From IMG/VR virus record IMGVR_UViG_3300000303_000014, positions 1 through 63,482 of that record: 63,482 bases of DNA; one strand, 5' to 3'. This document shows positions 9,771-17,981 of this stretch, piece by piece; within the stretch, counting starts at the first letter, position 1, and each line of letters starts with the position of its first letter. The notes beneath the pieces are model-generated. The model saw only the letters and a list, made by a program, of their open reading frames with translations. It was not told where the DNA came from and ran no database searches. Made by a program: the position numbers and the translations under genes. The DNA comes from a virus.

Positions 9771-11246
9771 ATGAAGACGTTAAAGAAAAGTACAAGTTTT
9801 CTGTATCACGTAATGCTGACGCTGTTGGCTATCGTGATTGGCGCAGCGAGCGGTGTTACGATGGCCGCAGCGAGTGACTTGCCCGACGCAGGAAAGACCA
9901 ACGCCGGTGCAGACGCTGACGGAGGCAATGACCCTACCGCCGGTATCGCCACCGAAACGCAAGGAAGGACGGACAGCGACCCCGATTTTTACATGGCGGA
10001 CGTGGACAAGCGCATTGTCAAAATCCGCCCTATGGCAAGTCCAATCGACCAAATCAGCCGCTATGCGAAATCGACCAGTTGCGACAGCTTCGAAGTGAAG
10101 TATTACAGCGTTGGCACGAGGGAAATCAAGTGTATGACAAGCGATGCCGTCACCGCCATGTCGAGCGGAGCAAGTACGAAGCTGCCTGTAAGCGACCCCA
10201 ACATGTTCACGTTGGACGATACTATCCGCGTAGTAGGTGTTAAGGGCGTGACCAATCCCGACACCGGCCAGGCATACGAAAAGGACGACCCCAACACGCC
10301 CGACCTTGTGCTGTGCGTATGCGGAAAGGATGCCACGACCAACATGCCCACCGTATATGCCGTGAACGGCGCGATGGACTCGTCGAGCAAGCAGCCGATA
10401 TGGGTTCCTGCCATTCCGAAGAGCACCGTATTGGTGCGCATGGGCAAAGCCTGCGGCGAGCTTGACGTGCAGACAGGACGTTTCAACAACATCCCGATGC
10501 CCGAAACGCAGTACTGCCAGAACTTCATGATTCAGATTGAGCAGTCCACGTTCGACAAAATTGCCAAGAAAGAAGTGAATTGGAGTTTCTCGGACATTGA
10601 GGAGGACGGAATCTATGACATGCGCCTCGCGATGGAGAACACCTACCTGTTCGGCGTGAAGAACCGCATCAAGCACGTTACTAAAGACGGCATGATGACA
10701 TGGTTCACCGGAGGTTTGTGGTGGATGGCCGGAAAGGACATCGAAGTTGGAGAATGGGATGCGGAGAAAGAATGCGCCGTTATCTCTGATGACAACCTCG
10801 TAGATATTACGAAAGACCTGTTTGTCGGCACGGGCATAGGCAACAAGCGCAAGATTCTGTTCTGCGGTTCTGAAATGCTCTCGGCTTTCTCGAAAATCAA
10901 AAGCGAGAAGTTCCGCCTGAAAGACACGGTGGAAGTATGGAACCTGAAGTTCAAGAGTTGGGACACCGACTTCGGCGAGGTGCTGACCATCCACCACGAA
11001 CTGTTTGACATGAACGGCATGAGCGACTGCGGCTTTGCGATGGATCCCGAATACCTGTCGAAAAAGACCCATGTAAGCTGGGCGCGCAACGTGCTTGACT
11101 TGCAGAAGGCCGGAATCCGCCGCACGGATGCCGTAGTAATTCAGGAAGTGAGCTGCCTGTACCTGCGCTACGCAAAGGCACACGCCCGAATGAGACTGGC
11201 AAAAGCACCCACTACGGACGGAGGCAGCAGTGATTCCGGAGATTAA
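9771..11246 (+). CDS. Major capsid protein (probable), with an N-terminal hydrophobic extension
   Basis: A 491-aa ORF placed after the scaffold-like gene. DVDKRIVKIRPMASPIDQISRYAK followed by EVKYYSV resembles the N-terminal signature of SU10-type and HK97-fold capsid proteins. Residues 10..35 form a TM-like helix rich in small residues. Confidence 0.6.
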   Translation: MKTLKKSTSFLYHVMLTLLAIVIGAASGVTMAAASDLPDAGKTNAGADADGGNDPTAGIATETQGRTDSDPDFYMADVDKRIVKIRPMASPIDQISRYAKSTSCDSFEVKYYSVGTREIKCMTSDAVTAMSSGASTKLPVSDPNMFTLDDTIRVVGVKGVTNPDTGQAYEKDDPNTPDLVLCVCGKDATTNMPTVYAVNGAMDSSSKQPIWVPAIPKSTVLVRMGKACGELDVQTGRFNNIPMPETQYCQNFMIQIEQSTFDKIAKKEVNWSFSDIEEDGIYDMRLAMENTYLFGVKNRIKHVTKDGMMTWFTGGLWWMAGKDIEVGEWDAEKECAVISDDNLVDITKDLFVGTGIGNKRKILFCGSEMLSAFSKIKSEKFRLKDTVEVWNLKFKSWDTDFGEVLTIHHELFDMNGMSDCGFAMDPEYLSKKTHVSWARNVLDLQKAGIRRTDAVVIQEVSCLYLRYAKAHARMRLAKAPTTDGGSSDSGD

Positions 11247-11259
11247 ACAATATGTAGTA

Positions 11260-11287
11260 ATTCAGGGAGGTTTTTCCCTCCCTGAAT
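11260..11287 (+). terminator. Strong hairpin after the capsid gene, acting as an attenuator or mRNA stabiliser
   Basis: An 11-bp perfect stem, attcagggagg paired with cctccctgaat, with a T-rich loop. There is no downstream T-run. Confidence 0.45.
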
Positions 11288-11311
11288 AAACCTTTCAAAA
11301 AGGATAGTAGT

Positions 11312-11710
11312 ATGATAAAGCAATATAAATCAAAGACCGCAATCAGCGTCAATGTCGTACTGCCAAGCAAAAAGAGCATACACATTGCATTTGCCGCCCA
11401 GTCGGACGGTAGCAGCGTATATGTGACCGACAATGCCAACATCCAGTATGCGTTGGAGCACCACTACAAGTATGGCAAGCTGTTCAGGCTCGTGGACGCA
11501 AGGGATGATAAAGAGGAGACCGAAAGCCACAATCCCGAAACAACGGATGAAAAGCCGGAGAGCAAAATACGCAAGGTGAAGATGAGCGACATTGCCGCCG
11601 CCAAGGACTTTTTGGCCGACACGTTCGGCATCAGCCGCACGTCGCTACGTTCGGAAAAGTCCATCATGGAAGCCGCCAAAGCCCATAACATTGAATTTGA
11701 AATAGGTTAA
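11312..11710 (+). CDS. Hypothetical head-associated protein
   Basis: A 132-aa ORF directly after the capsid gene. No motif recognised. Confidence 0.6.
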   Translation: MIKQYKSKTAISVNVVLPSKKSIHIAFAAQSDGSSVYVTDNANIQYALEHHYKYGKLFRLVDARDDKEETESHNPETTDEKPESKIRKVKMSDIAAAKDFLADTFGISRTSLRSEKSIMEAAKAHNIEFEIG

Positions 11711-11729
11711 GATAAAATCATATCACATC

Positions 11730-12362
11730 ATGATAGTACAAGCGGAGAAAATGGCCAAGGACGTGCGTATCGCCGTTGACATGAACCACGACAGTACGCC
11801 GTTGCTCTTAGAAGATGACATTGACACGATAAGTTTCAACGACATCATCTATGCCAAACTGACGGACGCTGTACGCATGGTGGAAATGGAAGCCCCCCTG
11901 CACCTGCTGGAACAAGGACACCAGTTCGGTGAAAACATCGTATGGGGCGATGGCGGCAAAGGCTGGTTAATACTGCCCGATGACTTCATGCGCCTTGTCG
12001 TGTTCAAGATGAGCGACTGGCATCACAGCGTGTCGGAAGCCATCACGCAGGATGACCCGAAGTATTCGCGTCAATGGTCGAAATGGAAAGGCGTCTGCGG
12101 CAATCCCGAAAAGCCGGTAGTGGCCATCGTGAACCGTGCCGAGGGGAACGTATTGGAATTTTTCTCCTGCAACGATGACACCGCCACTGTGGAACAGGCC
12201 GTTTACATACCCCTTCCACGGATAGACCTTGACGGAGGAATCGACGTAAGCGAGAAATGCTATAAGGCCGCAGTTTACCGGGCAGGAGCACTTGCCCTGT
12301 CGAGCATCGGCGACCAACTGGCCACAACTATGGTAGAACTCAGCAAGTCATTGCTGGATTAA
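11730..12362 (+). CDS. Hypothetical structural protein. A head completion or adaptor role is possible on position only.
   Basis: A 210-aa ORF in the structural operon. Confidence 0.6.
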   Translation: MIVQAEKMAKDVRIAVDMNHDSTPLLLEDDIDTISFNDIIYAKLTDAVRMVEMEAPLHLLEQGHQFGENIVWGDGGKGWLILPDDFMRLVVFKMSDWHHSVSEAITQDDPKYSRQWSKWKGVCGNPEKPVVAIVNRAEGNVLEFFSCNDDTATVEQAVYIPLPRIDLDGGIDVSEKCYKAAVYRAGALALSSIGDQLATTMVELSKSLLD

Positions 12363-12374
12363 AAAGAGAAGAAT

Positions 12375-13616
12375 ATGAGCAGCCTCAACAATGAAGCCAT
12401 ACAAGGAAATTTATCGGTGAGCCGCGACCACGTTGTCGGCGGACACCTGAAAGCGCGCGGAAATTCCCAGTTTGACCACAACGTGGTAATTAAGGGATGG
12501 CTCGACGCGAAAAACATCAAAGGACCGTGCAAGGGGCTGTATGCTTCCGAGGAAGCATTGAAGAAAGCATATCCCAAACCCATGCCCGGCTGGTATGCCC
12601 TTGTAGGCGACACCCTACCAGCCGATGTGTACCGCGTGGATGGCGGCGAATGGGTGGCTACCGGCGAGAAAGGCGGCGAGGTGAACCTATACCTTGACCA
12701 GCTTGAGCAAGACGTGGCCGACCTTGACGATGAGGTGAAGGACATCCAAGAGCTTATCGGGAACGGATTGCTGGTTGCAGGCAGCGTACAGTTTAACGCT
12801 ACGGCTACGGCGGTAACCCTAACATACAAGCTGCGCAAGTCTGACGGAACGGAAACGCCGTACAACGTGACCGTTCCCATTGTCACTGCGGAGAAAGCCG
12901 GTATGATGAGCGCAGCGGACAAACAGGCGTTAAACAATGCAGGAACAAACATCACCAAGCTGAACGAGGCATTGAACAACGAGATTAAGGCAAGAACCGA
13001 AGCCGACAAGAAACACTCCGAAGACATCACCGAACTTGAACAAGCCGTGTGGCCACTGACTGTATCGCTCAATGCCACCCCGACCATTGCCGAAGTAGGC
13101 GTAAGTACCAAAATAGAACTTGCATGGAACGTGACACGAAGAGGAGGCGATGTTGCGGACGAGAGCGAAATGACGCTGAACGGTGAAGAAGTGTTTTCGA
13201 CGGCAAAGGATGTTACCATCAATGAAAGCACCCCCAAGACACTTACCTACACACTGAAAGCGACCTACGAAGGAATGACCGAAAGCGCATCAAAACAGGT
13301 GAGCGTGGTATATCCGTCTTATTTCGGCAGCGTAGGCGCGGACTGGACACCCACGGAAACAACCGTCAGGGCATTAAGCAAATCCTTGCAGACCTCACGG
13401 GCATCCACCCATACGGGCATAAGCACTTCGAACGGAAAGATAGCCTACTGTTATCCGGCATCGTTCGGGAAGTTGACGAGCGTGAAAGACGGAAACGGCT
13501 ATGAAGTGATAGACAGTTATACCCTGTGGACGGTGAACGTAGGCGGAGTAAGCTACAACTGCTATTTATTGACAACCCCGGTAACCTCGTCAGGCGTTAC
13601 CCAAATATACAAATAA
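12375..13616 (+). CDS. Tail fibre or tail spike-like protein
   Basis: A 413-aa ORF with coiled-coil segments (LDQLEQDVADLDDEVKDIQELI and NITKLNEALNNEIKARTEADKK), followed by a beta-rich C-terminus. It lies in the tail module. Confidence 0.5.
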   Translation: MSSLNNEAIQGNLSVSRDHVVGGHLKARGNSQFDHNVVIKGWLDAKNIKGPCKGLYASEEALKKAYPKPMPGWYALVGDTLPADVYRVDGGEWVATGEKGGEVNLYLDQLEQDVADLDDEVKDIQELIGNGLLVAGSVQFNATATAVTLTYKLRKSDGTETPYNVTVPIVTAEKAGMMSAADKQALNNAGTNITKLNEALNNEIKARTEADKKHSEDITELEQAVWPLTVSLNATPTIAEVGVSTKIELAWNVTRRGGDVADESEMTLNGEEVFSTAKDVTINESTPKTLTYTLKATYEGMTESASKQVSVVYPSYFGSVGADWTPTETTVRALSKSLQTSRASTHTGISTSNGKIAYCYPASFGKLTSVKDGNGYEVIDSYTLWTVNVGGVSYNCYLLTTPVTSSGVTQIYK

Positions 13617-13619
13617 GCT

Positions 13620-14768
13620 ATGGCCGGAATACAACTTATAGACACTTTCAAGTATTCGGGAAAGAAGTTCTTGGACTTGCGTCAGTCATGCGCAACACTT
13701 GCAGAACTCAAAGCGACCGTTGAGACCAGCATACCTGACGGATTCACTAAATACTGCACAGAAACCAATTGCTGGTATGAGTATAACAGTAAAAATGAAG
13801 AATGGGAGGATACAGGACGCTGGCGAAAAGCTTCACCAATAAGCGAATTTCTCTCAATGGAATATATTTTTGCCATTGTTGATTTTGAAGATAATTTGCT
13901 TTTCGGTATCCGTAACGACGGAGAAGTGGTTTACAACAAGGGTATGAGCGATGAGGTACGTGTCAGGCTTGACGAATTGAGGGGAATACGGACCATGCAC
14001 AACGAAAACCTTGTGTTTGCCATTACCGACGCTAACGGGAATGTGCTGTTCGGAATAAACTGCAAAGGCGAGATAATATATGACAAAGGCGTACCAGGAG
14101 AGGTAAAGCCCATACTGGAGCGGCTCAACCGCGACCTGAAACGGACAATGGAGCGCATGAGTGAGGCCGAATCCGTCATAAAAAAGATGAAGGAACGGCT
14201 TCAAGAACTTTCCGGTTACACGCTCATGGAAGATGAGAACTTCATATTCGCCATCACCGACCCTTACGACCGTTTGCTGTTTGGCATAGCCCATGACGGC
14301 AAGGTTGTTTTCGACAAGGGAGTACCGGGCGAGGTTCAGGCAAGATTTGAAGAACTTAAGGGCTATCAAATCATGCACGATGACAACTATCTGTTCGCTT
14401 TGACTGACAAGTTTGGAAATGTATTGTTCGCCGTAAGGTATGACGGTTCAATCGTGATGCCGAAAGGAATCGTGCGCGTATTGACCTTTGAGGAATATAC
14501 AAAAGAGCCTTATACTCCCGACACTCTCTATGTCATACAAGGCAAAAAAGGGCGCATTGAAGGAGCTTTCATAAACGGAAGAGCCTTATCAGCCGGAGAA
14601 GAATATGCATTCATGTGCGATGCCAACCTGCTTGTTTATCATGGCAGTATGACCGTTTTGCCCGAAATATGGATAGACCACGAAGAAATGCGATTGATGG
14701 TAGAATACCCGTCATCCTATTCAGGGCCAATCTTCCATGTAGAGGACGGCATGTTGTTTTTAATTTAA
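13620..14768 (+). CDS. Tail-module protein with four copies of a 45-50 aa repeat
   Basis: The repeats are EYIFAIVDFEDNLLFGIRNDGEVVYNKG, NLVFAITDANGNVLFGINCKGEIIYDKGVPGEV, NFIFAITDPYDRLLFGIAHDGKVVFDKGVPGEV and NYLFALTDKFGNVLFAVRYDGSIVMPKG. Confidence 0.7.
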   Translation: MAGIQLIDTFKYSGKKFLDLRQSCATLAELKATVETSIPDGFTKYCTETNCWYEYNSKNEEWEDTGRWRKASPISEFLSMEYIFAIVDFEDNLLFGIRNDGEVVYNKGMSDEVRVRLDELRGIRTMHNENLVFAITDANGNVLFGINCKGEIIYDKGVPGEVKPILERLNRDLKRTMERMSEAESVIKKMKERLQELSGYTLMEDENFIFAITDPYDRLLFGIAHDGKVVFDKGVPGEVQARFEELKGYQIMHDDNYLFALTDKFGNVLFAVRYDGSIVMPKGIVRVLTFEEYTKEPYTPDTLYVIQGKKGRIEGAFINGRALSAGEEYAFMCDANLLVYHGSMTVLPEIWIDHEEMRLMVEYPSSYSGPIFHVEDGMLFLI

Positions 14769-14792
14769 GTATCACCAATAACAGTAATCAAG

Positions 14793-17700
14793 ATGAGCAA
14801 ATCATTAGGAACAATCGGCTTCCGCAAACGTGGAGATTGGAAGCCAAACGAAAAGTACCGCGCCGATGATGCCGTCAACTACGGACGCTCCTTGCTTTAC
14901 GCCAAAGTTGACCATACGAGCGGTGACGAATTTGAACCTGACAAATGGGGATTCATCGCCGACGCAACAGGCGTAGAAGAAATTGCGGAGCGTGCCGAAG
15001 CCGCCGCCACACTTGCCGAAACCAACGGAACCGAAGCAGGATTGCAGGCTCAAGCCGCAAAGAAAGCAGCGGAACAGGCAACAGAGCAAACTGAAGCGGC
15101 AAAAGCCGCCACAGGTATTTTCACGGAAAATTTCAAGTTCGTTGAAAGCGATGACTTTCTTTATGCCATTGCGGATAACCTTGGCAACCTACTTTGGGGC
15201 ATACGAAAAGACGGTTCAGTATTCCAGCCACGGGGCATATCAGAAGAAGCCCGGAAACGCCTTGAGGAATTATCCGGATTGCAAATTGTAGAAGATGACA
15301 ACTACATATTCGCAATAACGGACTCCGATGGTAACTTGCTTTTTGCCATAGACCGCAAGGGAGGCAGTGTAATCAACAAACTCAGCGGCGTATGTTCGAT
15401 TGAGCAGTATGAGGGCAGCGAATACATATTCTGCGTGATGGACAGTGCGGACAACCTTTTGTTCGGCATTAAACGTGACGGAAGTTTCGTCACATCGAAA
15501 TTCGAACTTCCTTCAGACATACTAAAACAGTTGAAGAAATTGTCGGCAAACGGTATGGAAACGGACGAGCAAGACCAAGAATTCATTTATAAGATACTTG
15601 ACAAGGACGGCCTTATCGTATTTGCTGTAAAATGGGACGGTACATCCTATATGCCTAAAGGCATACCCGAAGAGCAAAAAGCGGAAAACCGCAAATTGAA
15701 CCGTAAGTTAAGCGATTTGGAAAAATCGATTGCAAATTTCACAGGAGGAACAGGCGATTGGAGCGACGCCTCATATATGCAGGTTCCGCTTCCACGCTGT
15801 GCGAAGTTCAACATCCTGTCTGACAGGATGCCGACAGCGAAAAGCGGACTTGGCACTCCCGGTGTCACTTGTGATATTCCTTGCCAAGTGGAATTTTGGG
15901 ATATGCAGGGCAACTATTTCAAGAAATGGGTGCTTTTGTCAGCACAAGGCAATTCCAGCATGGCATTCACGAAAAAGAACCTTGCCATGGACTTTTACGT
16001 CACTCGTGAAGATATGCTCAATGACGATGAGAAGTTCAAGATGAAGTTCGGTGACTGGGTAGCCCAAGACAGTTTCCACCTGAAAGCCTATTACACCGAT
16101 ACATTCAGAGGCGTAGGCGCATGTAGCTACCTGTTGTATGAAGAAATGGTAAAAACGCGCAATATCAAAGACAACCGTCCTTACAAGGCCGCTTTCACAG
16201 GCGACTACGGCACCAGCGAACAGGGTGTTGACAGCATTGACGACTTGGACAAGAATTTCGACACTGGTGCAAAATGCTTCCCGATGCCATTTCCTGTGAT
16301 TGTATATCAAAACGGAGAGTTCTACGGCATCTATTCATGGCAGATGAAGAAAGACCGCGACAACATGTGGCAAAGCAAGAAAAAGGCCAAGCACGTACAT
16401 TTGGACGGAACTCTCGGCGCAGACACCATTTGGGGAGGAAACATCAACTGGACCGCTTTCGAGGTGAGAAATCCCAAAGACCTCATTGACATTGACGGTG
16501 AGGACTATGACGGCGACCACCCCAAAGAGCTTACAGGTGACATTGAGGTTGACGAGAAAACGGCAGAAGTAAAGCAATACATCATTGACCTGAGCGGCCG
16601 TATCGCAGAACTGAAAGCAGCAGAAAGCGCAAAGGAAGTATCAACCATCCAAAGCGACTATAACACGATCACAACAAATAATACGCATACGTCATCCACC
16701 GGATTGAACGTACTGCGCAGCGTGGCATTCATCGGTAAAGACGAATGGCTGGTATATCTGACAAAGGACGAAACCGGTACCAACGACAGCAAACTGATGA
16801 ACTACTACACCGAACGCCTAAATACGGCTAACGGCGTAGCAGCCTTTGCCCAGAAATACCCGGAAATCAGCGTTCCTAATTATGCCGCAAAGGTATGGGA
16901 AGACAGCGCACTTGTCAATGAAAGCGTGTGGAATACATTGTTGGCACAAGCAGGACTTGACGGCTATACGCTTAACTTCAACGGCAATACGGGAAATGTT
17001 TATCCGACAGGCAAGGAAATCTCCCTTGCTTCTCCGACTGACGAATACCCATACCTTAAAATTGTCAAGGCTCACGACCTCATTTCAGCAATGGAAGAAT
17101 ACCTTGCCACAGCCAATGAGGAAATGAGGACACTCATCGGGAAATACTTCATGCCTTCATTCATGGTTGACTATATCCTTGAAACCAACCTTGTAAGCGA
17201 CGGTGACGGTTACAACAAAAACTGGCAATGGACCACATGGGACGGTGAGTTGTGGACAGCCAATCCATACGACCACGACGGCATTTTCGGAGCATACCAC
17301 ATAGGAAACTTTGTAAACAGCCCCGGCAGCGGATGGTTGGGAAATTCAACGAGCATACCATCGGGGTGGATAATCAAGTATTTCATGCCCGAACTGAAAT
17401 CCCGCTATGCGGAACTGCGTACAAAGGGGATATTCGATGCAGCCCATATTGCCGGAATCATAATGGACTGGTGCTTGCGCATAGGCTACGACAACTTTGA
17501 ATCGGAATACGAGCGTTGGCCGGAATCCCCCTGCAACCGTCCAAGCCTGATAAACAGTGATAACTGGACGCGAAGCACCAGCTATGTATCATCCACATGG
17601 GCTGAAGGAACGACCTATTCAAAAAACGGAACGTGTAAAAAAGGCAGTAAAGTATATAAAAGCCTTATGTCGGGGAATATCGGCAACGACCCCGAAACAG

Positions 17701-17972
17701 ACGATGGTACGCATTGGGAAGATGTCACATACGATGAGGCCAAGAGCTATGCCGAAAATGAAGTATGTTATTACGGAAAAACAACGTTCTACGGCTTCAA
17801 ATGTATCTCCCCATGCCAAGGCATACCACCGTTGAGCGGCTTCTACACAATCTATCCTTATGAACTCGGTCATTACGACAGCGTTTACAGGGTGCAGAAT
17901 TGGCTTGAGCAGCGTATCAAGTACATGGACACATTACTTGGTTACACATCGGCATCAACAAACAAGGAATAA
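14793..17972 (+). CDS. Large tail protein with three parts: the same N-terminal repeats, a CotH-like domain, and a C-terminal CBM5/12-like carbohydrate-binding motif
   Basis: The repeats include DFLYAIADNLGNLLWGIRKDGSVFQPRG and NYIFAITDSDGNLLFAIDRKG. The CotH-like blocks are FHLKAYYTDTFRGVGACSYLLYEEM, PVIVYQNGEFYGIYSWQMKKDR and YNKNWQWTTWDGELWTANPYDHDGIFG. The C-terminus reads GTCKKGSKVYKSLMSGNIGNDPETDDGTHWEDV. Confidence 0.6.
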   Translation: MSKSLGTIGFRKRGDWKPNEKYRADDAVNYGRSLLYAKVDHTSGDEFEPDKWGFIADATGVEEIAERAEAAATLAETNGTEAGLQAQAAKKAAEQATEQTEAAKAATGIFTENFKFVESDDFLYAIADNLGNLLWGIRKDGSVFQPRGISEEARKRLEELSGLQIVEDDNYIFAITDSDGNLLFAIDRKGGSVINKLSGVCSIEQYEGSEYIFCVMDSADNLLFGIKRDGSFVTSKFELPSDILKQLKKLSANGMETDEQDQEFIYKILDKDGLIVFAVKWDGTSYMPKGIPEEQKAENRKLNRKLSDLEKSIANFTGGTGDWSDASYMQVPLPRCAKFNILSDRMPTAKSGLGTPGVTCDIPCQVEFWDMQGNYFKKWVLLSAQGNSSMAFTKKNLAMDFYVTREDMLNDDEKFKMKFGDWVAQDSFHLKAYYTDTFRGVGACSYLLYEEMVKTRNIKDNRPYKAAFTGDYGTSEQGVDSIDDLDKNFDTGAKCFPMPFPVIVYQNGEFYGIYSWQMKKDRDNMWQSKKKAKHVHLDGTLGADTIWGGNINWTAFEVRNPKDLIDIDGEDYDGDHPKELTGDIEVDEKTAEVKQYIIDLSGRIAELKAAESAKEVSTIQSDYNTITTNNTHTSSTGLNVLRSVAFIGKDEWLVYLTKDETGTNDSKLMNYYTERLNTANGVAAFAQKYPEISVPNYAAKVWEDSALVNESVWNTLLAQAGLDGYTLNFNGNTGNVYPTGKEISLASPTDEYPYLKIVKAHDLISAMEEYLATANEEMRTLIGKYFMPSFMVDYILETNLVSDGDGYNKNWQWTTWDGELWTANPYDHDGIFGAYHIGNFVNSPGSGWLGNSTSIPSGWIIKYFMPELKSRYAELRTKGIFDAAHIAGIIMDWCLRIGYDNFESEYERWPESPCNRPSLINSDNWTRSTSYVSSTWAEGTTYSKNGTCKKGSKVYKSLMSGNIGNDPETDDGTHWEDVTYDEAKSYAENEVCYYGKTTFYGFKCISPCQGIPPLSGFYTIYPYELGHYDSVYRVQNWLEQRIKYMDTLLGYTSASTNKE

Positions 17973-17981
17973 CAAGAGAGA

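Noticed and set aside
9780-11183. A 467-aa ORF antisense to the capsid gene.
   Set aside because: It lies entirely within, and opposite to, a gene with a capsid-like signature and proper operon context. Its translation is His/Arg/Val-rich with no motifs.
12359-13237. A 292-aa - strand Ser-rich ORF opposite the tail fibre-like gene.
   Set aside because: It lies antisense to a well-placed structural gene, and its low-complexity Ser/Thr/Ala composition is typical of a shadow frame.
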